In this document: positions 1 to 7,598 of the stretch, piece after piece
Layout: every line of letters begins with the position of its first letter
How positions within the stretch are numbered: position 1 is the first letter of the stretch
Source: Nitrosarchaeum sp.
GTDB lineage: Archaea > Thermoproteota > Nitrososphaeria > Nitrososphaerales > Nitrosopumilaceae
Assembly (NCBI GenBank): GCA_965223865.1
Contig: OZ245020.1
Span: 448,001 to 512,000 of the forward strand
DNA length: 64,000 bases
Direction of reading: 5' to 3'
Translations under genes and position numbers: made by a program
Notes under the pieces: model-generated
The model's input: the letters and a program-made list of their open reading frames with translations, nothing else
What the model was told of the DNA's origin: nothing
The model's database searches: none

Positions 1-62
1 CAGAGAAATCTACAAAAATTCTCAAGAAAATAGAGCACATTATTTTGTCCAAGAATCATTAA

Positions 63-254
63 CTAACTAATTTTATATTGACATTTTTCGCACTTGTCAA
101 AAGTTTCTCCCTCTAAATGATCAAAATGAGTGTTACATTGTTTACATGTGTGATGCATGTCAAAATATCCATCATCCTCAATTTGACCAATTCTATTTGA
201 TTCTAATTCTGTACTTCCACACTTTATGCAATGACACCCACATTCAACTTTCAT
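63..254 (-). CDS. small Cys-rich zinc-finger protein
   Basis: 63 aa with CxCxCxxC, HTCxxC and CxxC motifs. Confidence 0.7.
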   Translation of the reverse strand: MKVECGCHCIKCGSTELESNRIGQIEDDGYFDMHHTCKQCNTHFDHLEGETFDKCEKCQYKIS

Positions 255-299
255 AATTTTTCAATAATGTATGTATAGTTTAACCATGTATACAAACCA

Positions 300-455
300 T
301 TGGAAAAAAAGCGCGAGATACCTTTGGAGATAGATGATCATTTCAAACTTTATGGCAAGGAGCCATGGGAAGTAGATTATGGAGAAAAGTGCCCGATTTG
401 TGATGTACGAATTGATGAATATGGGTTTTGTTCATGTGGGTCTAGCGGAGATTAA
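300..455 (+). CDS. small zinc-finger protein (51 aa, not in ORF track)
   Basis: TTG start; MEKKREIPLEIDDHFKLYGKEPWEVDYGEKCPICDVRIDEYGFCSCGSSGD*; CPxC and CxC motifs; divergent from 63..254. Confidence 0.65.
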   Translation: MEKKREIPLEIDDHFKLYGKEPWEVDYGEKCPICDVRIDEYGFCSCGSSGD

Positions 456-1335
456 GTTTTTTTATAATTGGCAATATCATTATCATCAAAAAGCCAATTG
501 CCAAAGGAGCAATTATTGGAAATTCTGGTACTACCGTGGTTCCAATTATTGAAATCTCACCAGAATTCTCAGGTCTCATGTTTAACCATACATGAGTTCC
601 ATTATTGTTATATTCACGAAAAGAAATTTGCTCTTCATCTAAAAATACTGCATATGGTCCCCATAACAATTCTAAGGGAATAATAGTGTTAACAAATCTA
701 TTTTCTTTGGAAACATCAAAAGTAATGCTCTTTGTTGGTTGATCAAAAATAAATCCATCAATATTTGAATGACTTTGAATTTCTACAACAAATTCTTTAT
801 CTTCCCATTTCACATTCTCAGAAATTTTTGGTTCATTTATGGAATATTCCAAAACCATTTGGCATCCATGACATGCAATTCCTTTTTTTTCATCCAAATA
901 AACAGGTATTTTGTTTGCAAAAATCAGATCAACTTCCTCTGGTAAAATAAAAGAAGTTGTCTCAAGATACCTGAAACTCCATTTCCATACATTATCTTTT
1001 TGAACAAGTGCATTATCAAGGTCATATTCTATAATTGAATCCTCATCGGAGGGTTGAATCAATATGACATTTTCTCCAACCATTGAAAATTGTGTCTTTT
1101 CTCCTTGCTCATTTGTTACGGAAATATTTGAGACTGTTCCATAAACCAAATCAACTTGCTTTGGTGAATTTGATGAACTAATAACATGTTTAACATTAAC
1201 ATTACCTGCCGAATTTATGACAACTTCTAATGATTTGTGGTTAGCCTTTTCATCGATTGAAGTCTGGGCATAGACATCAGGAACAACAGTAATAAGTAAA
1301 AGAATAATTATTATTCCAAAAATCTTTACATTCAT
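442..1335 (-). CDS. secreted surface protein with PEF(G)-CTERM sorting signal
   Basis: signal peptide ending VYA-Q; C-terminal VPEFP + TM helix + basic tail. Confidence 0.8.
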   Translation of the reverse strand: MNVKIFGIIIILLLITVVPDVYAQTSIDEKANHKSLEVVINSAGNVNVKHVISSSNSPKQVDLVYGTVSNISVTNEQGEKTQFSMVGENVILIQPSDEDSIIEYDLDNALVQKDNVWKWSFRYLETTSFILPEEVDLIFANKIPVYLDEKKGIACHGCQMVLEYSINEPKISENVKWEDKEFVVEIQSHSNIDGFIFDQPTKSITFDVSKENRFVNTIIPLELLWGPYAVFLDEEQISFREYNNNGTHVWLNMRPENSGEISIIGTTVVPEFPIIAPLAIGFLMIMILPIIKKLNLR

Positions 1336-1815
1336 TTAATCCACTGTGACATGAATCATTTTTGCCTCTTCTAGAGGACAATCATTTTGGTCACGCTGCA
1401 AGTTTACAATTTTGTCGGCAACATCCATTCCTTCAATTACTTCGCCAAATACAGTATACTGTCTATCTAGAAAGGTGCTGTCAGTAGTTACAATGAAAAA
1501 TTGCGACCCAGCACTATCTGGATCCTGTGCTCGTGCCATCGAAACAATCCCACGAAGATGTGATCTAGAATTAAACTCTGCTTTTACAGTATATCCTGGT
1601 CCTCCCATTCCCCAAGAACTCTTATTGCTACTTTTTGTATTAGGATCTCCTCCCTGAATCATGAACCCAGGAATAACTCTATGAAATAATGTACCATCAT
1701 AGAATCCCTCTTTAGCTAATTTTTCAAAATTTCTTACGGTTTCAGGTGCTAGTTCAGGAAGAAGTTTAAATGAAATTCCTCCAAAATCAGTTTCTATTTT
1801 TACTGTACTCAACAA
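1336..1815 (-). CDS. cyclophilin-type peptidyl-prolyl cis-trans isomerase
   Basis: FHRVIPGFMIQGGDP and SAGSQFFI motifs. Confidence 0.95.
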   Translation of the reverse strand: MLSTVKIETDFGGISFKLLPELAPETVRNFEKLAKEGFYDGTLFHRVIPGFMIQGGDPNTKSSNKSSWGMGGPGYTVKAEFNSRSHLRGIVSMARAQDPDSAGSQFFIVTTDSTFLDRQYTVFGEVIEGMDVADKIVNLQRDQNDCPLEEAKMIHVTVD

Positions 1816-2065
1816 GAATCTTGTATAGTCTTATCATAAGAGTCTTTTTGTAATATTCTAAAAATTCTCATATTGTCTTTATCAAAATTGAAAAATCTAT
1901 ACCCATCAGTACGTTTTTCGTTGTAACTTTAAATTTACTTTTTTAAAATATAATTTTCTATTTGTAAAATTTTCATTCGTCCAATTATTTTATTTTATTT
2001 GAAATTACAATTTTTTCATTTCAGAAGTTATAGTCTTATATAGAACGATAAAAATCTAGAATTCG

Positions 2066-2293
2066 TTGAATCGTACAAATCAGAGCACGATCATTAAAGA
2101 AGCAATTAATTCTTATCTTGACAAGGGAGTTACCGACAAACAGGACATATACACCAAAGTTGTAGACGAACTAGGTGTTCCAAGACCAACTGTTAGAAGG
2201 GTTGCAAGAGATCTGAGAACTGAGTTATTACAAAAAATCCAGATCTTACAATCTGACATGCCTAAAGCCACCACTCCAGAAGAAGACCAATAA
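2066..2293 (+). CDS. small putative DNA-binding (HTH-like) protein
   Basis: 75 aa, LGVPRPTVRRV helix-turn-helix-like segment; TTATATA box about 25 nt upstream; T-rich tract downstream. Confidence 0.65.
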   Translation: MNRTNQSTIIKEAINSYLDKGVTDKQDIYTKVVDELGVPRPTVRRVARDLRTELLQKIQILQSDMPKATTPEEDQ

Positions 2294-2372
2294 ACTCGGC
2301 ACCTTTTTCTTTTTAATCTCATTTTTTGGTTTCAGCATTACTATTATAAACAATGAATTTTCCCCATATCTC

Positions 2373-2852
2373 ATGGGATATCTTGGAAACCATCTGGCTA
2401 CAGTGGTGACTGGAGTATTTGCAGCAGTTCTAACAGGACTTTGGCCTTATTTTGTTGACTTTGCACCCATACTTGAATTCGTTTTTATCATGGCCGTACC
2501 CATTACATGGTTCCTAACTCTAATGTGTTGGCTATCACAGAGAAGCGCTGATTATATGAAAAAATGGGAAGCTAGTCATACTCACACCGAAAAAAAAAGC
2601 TTGAGTAGTTCAGTAACTACGCAAGTCTATGCCACCCCTGAAAATCAAGTGAGTTATTCTGAAATCAAAAAAGCACAAAATCAACTATCTGGTGAATTAA
2701 ACCAATTAAAAGAATCTGTCAAAATAAAAGATGAGGAAATTGAACGATTGAATCAAGAGATCTCAAACCTCCAAACTCTAGTACAGATTGAATCATTAAA
2801 AACAGAACTCGCTAATCTGAAGATGTTAGCATCTGATAAGAAAAGTAAATAG
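2373..2852 (+). CDS. membrane-anchored coiled-coil protein
   Basis: two N-terminal hydrophobic helices and heptad-rich C-terminus. Confidence 0.7.
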   Translation: MGYLGNHLATVVTGVFAAVLTGLWPYFVDFAPILEFVFIMAVPITWFLTLMCWLSQRSADYMKKWEASHTHTEKKSLSSSVTTQVYATPENQVSYSEIKKAQNQLSGELNQLKESVKIKDEEIERLNQEISNLQTLVQIESLKTELANLKMLASDKKSK

Positions 2853-2975
2853 CTAATCCTTACAATGGCAACAAACAATGCCATGATTATTTTTGCAACT
2901 TGGACAACTTACTGCTCCACCATAATGGCATTTACATGAACACAATTCTGTTGGATCTCGTTTTTCGCTCATCAT
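2853..2975 (-). CDS. Cys/His-rich microprotein, metallothionein-like (40 aa, not in ORF track)
   Basis: MMSEKRDPTELCSCKCHYGGAVSCPSCKNNHGIVCCHCKD*; 8 Cys and 3 His. Confidence 0.6.
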   Translation of the reverse strand: MMSEKRDPTELCSCKCHYGGAVSCPSCKNNHGIVCCHCKD

Positions 2976-3420
2976 TTATCTCTAGAAATTGTTAATATTT
3001 GACTTTTATAGTTTAAGAGATGGTAGGAAAAAACATAACCTTGATAATTTCAGCACTAAGATCATTTTTGGTGTTAGTTTTTACTCTATCAACAAATTAC
3101 AGCATTTTTCCAAAACAATTTGTTTTGCCAAATTAACTCCAACAAATAATTCAATTCAGATTGAATAATTTCTGTTTTAAATTATATTATATATGCCGAA
3201 TTACAGTCGTTGTTTCAATAAAACCAAACTACAAAAAAGTATCAATTTATCCAGATTAATAATTTCAGTAAAGAATCTGATATTTTTTGAAAATATCTCA
3301 TACAAATTTCTGTGAAAAGAGTACTTCATTAAATAATATTTTTAGTTTTAAATTCTTTGAAAAAGAAAATTAATTTTGTTTAAAATTAACTATAAGAACT
3401 TCATTGGTATTTTCATAATA

Positions 3421-3948
3421 CTAATTTTGATGTAATTTTATGGCTAATTCTAAGGTACTGTCTACCATCTCTCTTAGCCTCTTCTTTGTGTCTTCTGAAA
3501 TACCATTATCTGAAATTGAATCAGTGGTAATAAACACGGCTTTTGGGTTTGCTATTATTCGAAAATATGATAATAATTGGGTAATTAGTGTCTGAACATC
3601 AATAAAACCTATGTTTCCAGCAGCCACAATTGTTATGCCTGCAACTTTTCCTTCAGTTTTTTTGTAATTTACATACTCAAATAGATTTTTCAGTGATGAA
3701 CTAAAAAATGAATTGTAAATAGGTGATCCAATCAGCCAAACATCTGCATCCATTAAATCATTGGCAGCATTTTTTGTTGCATCATTGTATTCTTCATCTG
3801 GTCCTCGATAACATTCAATTTGATCATCTGAAAGATTGATAAATTTCACATCAACACTTTTTGTTTGTATATATTCTACCACATACTTCATGATTAGAGA
3901 AGTGTTTGCATTTTTTCTTGGACTACCTGAAACAACTACAACTTGCAT
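3421..3948 (-). CDS. NADPH-dependent FMN reductase (flavodoxin-like fold)
   Basis: GSPRKNANT and SPIYN..SSSLKNL motifs. Confidence 0.9.
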   Translation of the reverse strand: MQVVVVSGSPRKNANTSLIMKYVVEYIQTKSVDVKFINLSDDQIECYRGPDEEYNDATKNAANDLMDADVWLIGSPIYNSFFSSSLKNLFEYVNYKKTEGKVAGITIVAAGNIGFIDVQTLITQLLSYFRIIANPKAVFITTDSISDNGISEDTKKRLREMVDSTLELAIKLHQN

Positions 3949-3996
3949 AATCCAAGCTATGAATCTTTGTATTTAAATTTCAAAAAAATTTGTAGA

Positions 3997-4009
3997 ACGG
4001 GCTTGGAGG
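3997..4009 (-). repeat. att site (distal copy of tRNA-Arg 3' end)
   Basis: identical to 10904-10916; followed on the minus strand by a T7 tract resembling the displaced tRNA terminator. Confidence 0.85.
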
Positions 4010-4137
4010 TTCTCGCCTTCTCCAGCATTCGAAACCTCTAATTTTATTGATTTTTTCAAGATTTTAAAGTACTATAATCACTATATTTTATAATGTTTTA
4101 GTTATTGCTATGTAAAATAAAAAATAGGATGTCTTTT

Positions 4138-5256
4138 CTATGATTCTGGCAAATTATAGTAGCCACGTATGTTATCGATATCTGTTTGAATCTTACCCTT
4201 TTGTTCTGATGATTCTGTCATGTCTAATGCAATATCAAACTGCTCTTCTGCTTTTTCAAGTGGTGCTTTTTCTATACTATACATGTAAGAGTAAGCTTCA
4301 CCTTGGCACATGTGCGAATTAATTGAATCAAATTTTGAACAATAATTTAATGCTATTTCTGGATGTTTATAAATCGCATTAATTGCTTTTCCAATCCATG
4401 CATTTTCTGTATTGAATTTGCCCTCGTATAGATCTATTGCATTTTGGTATTCCACTTCAGACTCTTCTGAGAAAGACTTTATCTGACCAAAGTTACTTTG
4501 TGCTTGTAAAGAACTTCCCATACCAATAATAGATAACATGTGAAGATACTGCCCTCGTTTCAAATGATCAGAATGCCAATTATTTGTATCAAATATGGTT
4601 TTTGCCTTGACGAATGTTTCATATGATTGAGAATATTGTTTCTCCTCATACTGATGATTACCCATAGAGATCAGATATTCCATATCGTATAATGCATTTG
4701 CACTAGCCCATACAGATACACCAACTATGAGTCCAGCAGATATGAGAGCCACAACAGAACCAATTATTAGATAAGATGCAACAGAAGAACCAAACATAGT
4801 AAATCCTGAGGTAATCTTCCCAGATACTTCTAACAATCCAATACCTGTAGCAATAGATGCAGCAAGTGCAATTGGTACTCTGTGTTGCAATATAGGATTT
4901 CCATAATCAGTATTGTTCTCTAATGCATAAAATGAGGTTGCTATTCTAGTATCATTATAACCAGTAGTAGATATTTCCCAATCTAGTCTATAATTTGGAT
5001 TATTTGGATCTGATGCAGGTGCTACAGATCCACTTATCAGCTTATATTGAATTGATCTTTGTATTCTAAATACATAGTCATATCCTTCTTGCTTTAGATA
5101 TTCTGAATCAAGCTTTTCTTTTTTTCCAGCATATTTTATTCTTGAAAATAATCGTTTTGCTGCGAATGGATCCTGTAAGTTTTCGTATACTGTCTTTTGT
5201 CGTTGTTTGACATCCTTATAAGTACAAGTAATTAAATCAGCACCCAAAACATCCAC
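4138..5256 (-). CDS. membrane protein with C-terminal TPR-like domain
   Basis: hydrophilic N-domain, two hydrophobic helices (about aa 128-185), TPR-like repeats (GNHQYEEKQYSQS, NAWIGKA, GEAYSYM, AEEQFDIAL). Confidence 0.65.
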   Translation of the reverse strand: MDVLGADLITCTYKDVKQRQKTVYENLQDPFAAKRLFSRIKYAGKKEKLDSEYLKQEGYDYVFRIQRSIQYKLISGSVAPASDPNNPNYRLDWEISTTGYNDTRIATSFYALENNTDYGNPILQHRVPIALAASIATGIGLLEVSGKITSGFTMFGSSVASYLIIGSVVALISAGLIVGVSVWASANALYDMEYLISMGNHQYEEKQYSQSYETFVKAKTIFDTNNWHSDHLKRGQYLHMLSIIGMGSSLQAQSNFGQIKSFSEESEVEYQNAIDLYEGKFNTENAWIGKAINAIYKHPEIALNYCSKFDSINSHMCQGEAYSYMYSIEKAPLEKAEEQFDIALDMTESSEQKGKIQTDIDNIRGYYNLPES

Positions 5257-5578
5257 CTTTGTTTACTGGTTTTTTCATTAATTTTTGAACAAATTCTCTG
5301 AAGTCAGATAAATAATCATCAAATGCGATAGACATATCGATAAACTTCTTTCCTTCATCTGTAACACAAAAGACAGGTTTTTTATCATCTTCACACCTCT
5401 CAACAAGTTCATGTTTTATTAAAATAGAAGTATCTCTACTAATTGAAGAAGGTAGTCTTCGTAATGAACGAACCATACAATCATTTGTATGAGGTCCTTC
5501 TTCTACTGCGAATAGTACCTCAAATGTAGAATTGTTTAATTGTATCTTTGAATCTGGTATTCTTCTTTTAGAAGTCAT
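5237..5578 (-). CDS. winged-helix transcriptional regulator
   Basis: SSISRDTSIL recognition helix and LVER...FCVTDEGKKF wing motif; overlaps downstream gene by 20 nt. Confidence 0.75.
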   Translation of the reverse strand: MTSKRRIPDSKIQLNNSTFEVLFAVEEGPHTNDCMVRSLRRLPSSISRDTSILIKHELVERCEDDKKPVFCVTDEGKKFIDMSIAFDDYLSDFREFVQKLMKKPVNKGGCFGC

Positions 5579-5584
5579 GCATTA

Positions 5585-5628
5585 TTAATCATAAATTCAT
5601 ATAAAACCATTTTTCACATATGTGAAAT
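5585..5628 (-). promoter_or_regulatory. 44-bp repeat copy 1: palindromic operator plus TATA box
   Basis: perfect palindrome TTTCACATATGTGAAA at 5612-5627; minus-strand TTTTATAT at 5599-5606, 21-28 nt before ATG 5578. Confidence 0.75.
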
Positions 5629-5688
5629 TTAGAGTAGCGTCACAACATTATAAAAACAATTTTTAAAGAAAAATAATAAGTGATTTTT

Positions 5689-5901
5689 TTACAATTGAGA
5701 TTTTATATTGTGCATTTTAAGCATTAATCCTCCTAATGTCCCACCTAACCCTATAGCCAAATGTGAGAAGATCGCTGATCGTTCATCAGATTCTACTAAT
5801 CCAGCTAGTATTAAAGACATCAAAAATCCACTACCCAATACTACTATGAGCAAATTGGTAAAATCATTATCCATTGTAATTTTGTTCTTTTTAGATTTCA
5901 T
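5689..5901 (-). CDS. small two-helix membrane protein
   Basis: 70 aa, basic N-terminus and two hydrophobic Gly-rich helices; lies between the two 44-bp repeats. Confidence 0.55.
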   Translation of the reverse strand: MKSKKNKITMDNDFTNLLIVVLGSGFLMSLILAGLVESDERSAIFSHLAIGLGGTLGGLMLKMHNIKSQL

Positions 5902-5962
5902 CAGTAAGAAAATAAATGTAAAAAAAATTATTTAATATTTTGTAACATATGTGAAAGTTTTG

Positions 5963-6006
5963 TTAATCATAAATTCATATAAAACCATTTTTCACATATG
6001 TGAAAT
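5963..6006 (-). promoter_or_regulatory. 44-bp repeat copy 2: palindromic operator plus TATA box
   Basis: exact match to 5585-5628; a third degenerate palindrome (14/16) at 5941-5956. Confidence 0.75.
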
Positions 6007-6395
6007 CATGCAAATTAATTTGGAGATGTCTTATTTTATTGTTGTATACAATTCTTATCTTGTAAATTCTTCTTAAACTTTCTACGTGATAGTTTTTAGA
6101 ATAAACTATATTCTATGTGTTTTTCTTTTCTTCAAATTTAGAATCATACTCAATAGATGGTCTTAACACATAATGCTTTGGTGACTTTTAGAGACTCTGA
6201 TCTAAGTGGCCGTTCAAGTTTCTATTGCTCTTACTTTCATGACAATATTTTCAACTTCTAGTTGTTGCAAAAATATCAGAAGATAATTGTTGAAGTATTG
6301 ACAAAATATAAAATAATTAATTTTCACTATCTACAAAAAAGGTATTATATTGTCTATATCTTAAATTTTAATCTAACAATATAATTCTAGATAAG

Positions 6396-7322
6396 GTGTA
6401 CGATCAAATCATCAGTATATTTCAAACCAAACCCCATTCTAGTTCAATCACGGCAAAAATAAAATACATTGAAAAAAACTTTAGAAATAAAACCCAAGAA
6501 CTACTTTATCACATAATCAGTATAGTAGAAGAATACGAAGAGATGGGCTACAACCTTACTGTAAGGCAAGTATACTATCAGCTTGTCTCACGTGATATCG
6601 TCCCTAACAATCTTGGTTCATACCAACTTACAAGCCGTGTCCTCAAAGATGCTAGAATGTCAGGACTAGTAGATTGGGATACAATAGAAGACAGGGTACG
6701 GCAGATAATTATGCCAAATGAGTTTGATGATGTAACCGAATTTATCACTGCTGCAATAAACTCATACAGACTACCAAGATGGAAAGACCAAGATCATTAT
6801 GTGGAGGTAATTGTAGAAAAAGAGGCACTTGCCGGAATACTGCGTACATTAACTAGTAGATACCATGTCCTTTTGCTTCCAAACAAGGGATACTCTTCAG
6901 CTAGTGCAATTCATGAGGCAGCTCAGAGATTCATATATCAAACATCAGAGGAAAAACAATGTCACATATTGTATCTTGGTGATCATGACCCAAGTGGGAT
7001 GGATATGGTACGAGACATACAAGACAGACTAGATGAGCTTTTGTGTACGGTATCAGTTGAAAAGATTGCCCTTACAATGGACCAGATAAAACAATACAAT
7101 CCACCTCCAAATCTTGTCAAAAAGTCAGATTCTAGGTCAAAAAAGTATGTCACTGAATATGGGGATAAATCATGGGAGCTAGATGCCTTAAAACCTGAAG
7201 TACTAAATGAATTGGTAGAGTCTAATATCAAAAAGTATCTTGATATGGAAAAATACGATGATATATTATCTCAGGAAAAACGTGAGAAACTGAGACTAGT
7301 TGAACTTTCTAATGCTGTTTGA
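6396..7322 (+). CDS. TopoVI-A/Spo11-like TOPRIM protein (Mini-A type)
   Basis: LTVRQVYYQLVS (5Y-CAP catalytic Tyr context), VIVEKEAL, YLGDHDPSG (TOPRIM E and DxD), WELDAL. Confidence 0.8.
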   Translation: MYDQIISIFQTKPHSSSITAKIKYIEKNFRNKTQELLYHIISIVEEYEEMGYNLTVRQVYYQLVSRDIVPNNLGSYQLTSRVLKDARMSGLVDWDTIEDRVRQIIMPNEFDDVTEFITAAINSYRLPRWKDQDHYVEVIVEKEALAGILRTLTSRYHVLLLPNKGYSSASAIHEAAQRFIYQTSEEKQCHILYLGDHDPSGMDMVRDIQDRLDELLCTVSVEKIALTMDQIKQYNPPPNLVKKSDSRSKKYVTEYGDKSWELDALKPEVLNELVESNIKKYLDMEKYDDILSQEKREKLRLVELSNAV

Positions 7323-7365
7323 GAATAAAATAGATAGTTAGTAGATTCCAAAATCTACCACCCAA

Positions 7366-7480
7366 CCAGTAACGGTTCACCAGTTCAGTTCACCAGAACA
7401 GTTCACAAAAAATGCCATATTCTATGTATTATAATAAAAAGTGTGGGAACTATACCGATGAACTGTGTCCATGAACCGGC
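7366..7480. repeat. phased inverted repeat array flanking an AT-rich core (origin-like)
   Basis: GTTCAC at 7375, 7388, 7401 and inverted GAAC at 7447, 7460, 7473; all spaced 13 bp. Confidence 0.7.
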
Positions 7481-7598
7481 ATAATTGTGATTTTCTTCCC
7501 ATATTCGGGGGCTATAGAGTCCAAGATCTTCTGAATCTTGTCTTGAGTGTCTTCATAGCACCAAACTTCAACTTTGGAGAACCATTTTAGATTCTTTG

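Noticed and set aside
2990-3420. AT-rich gap with ~40-codon ORFs on both strands
   Set aside because: No motifs or convincing signals; consistent with chance ORFs
4010-4038. Sequence next to the distal att resembles a tRNA T-arm with an intron (GAGGTTTCGAA...ACCTC)
   Set aside because: No clean BHB and no upstream tRNA body; better explained as an SD/start hairpin of the reconstituted integrase gene or as an att arm
5708-5935. Plus-strand 75-aa ORF
   Set aside because: Antisense to 5689..5901, which matches the orientation of the duplicated promoter
6010-6390. Possible gene remnant inside the element
   Set aside because: Only short stop-interrupted frames; nothing identifiable
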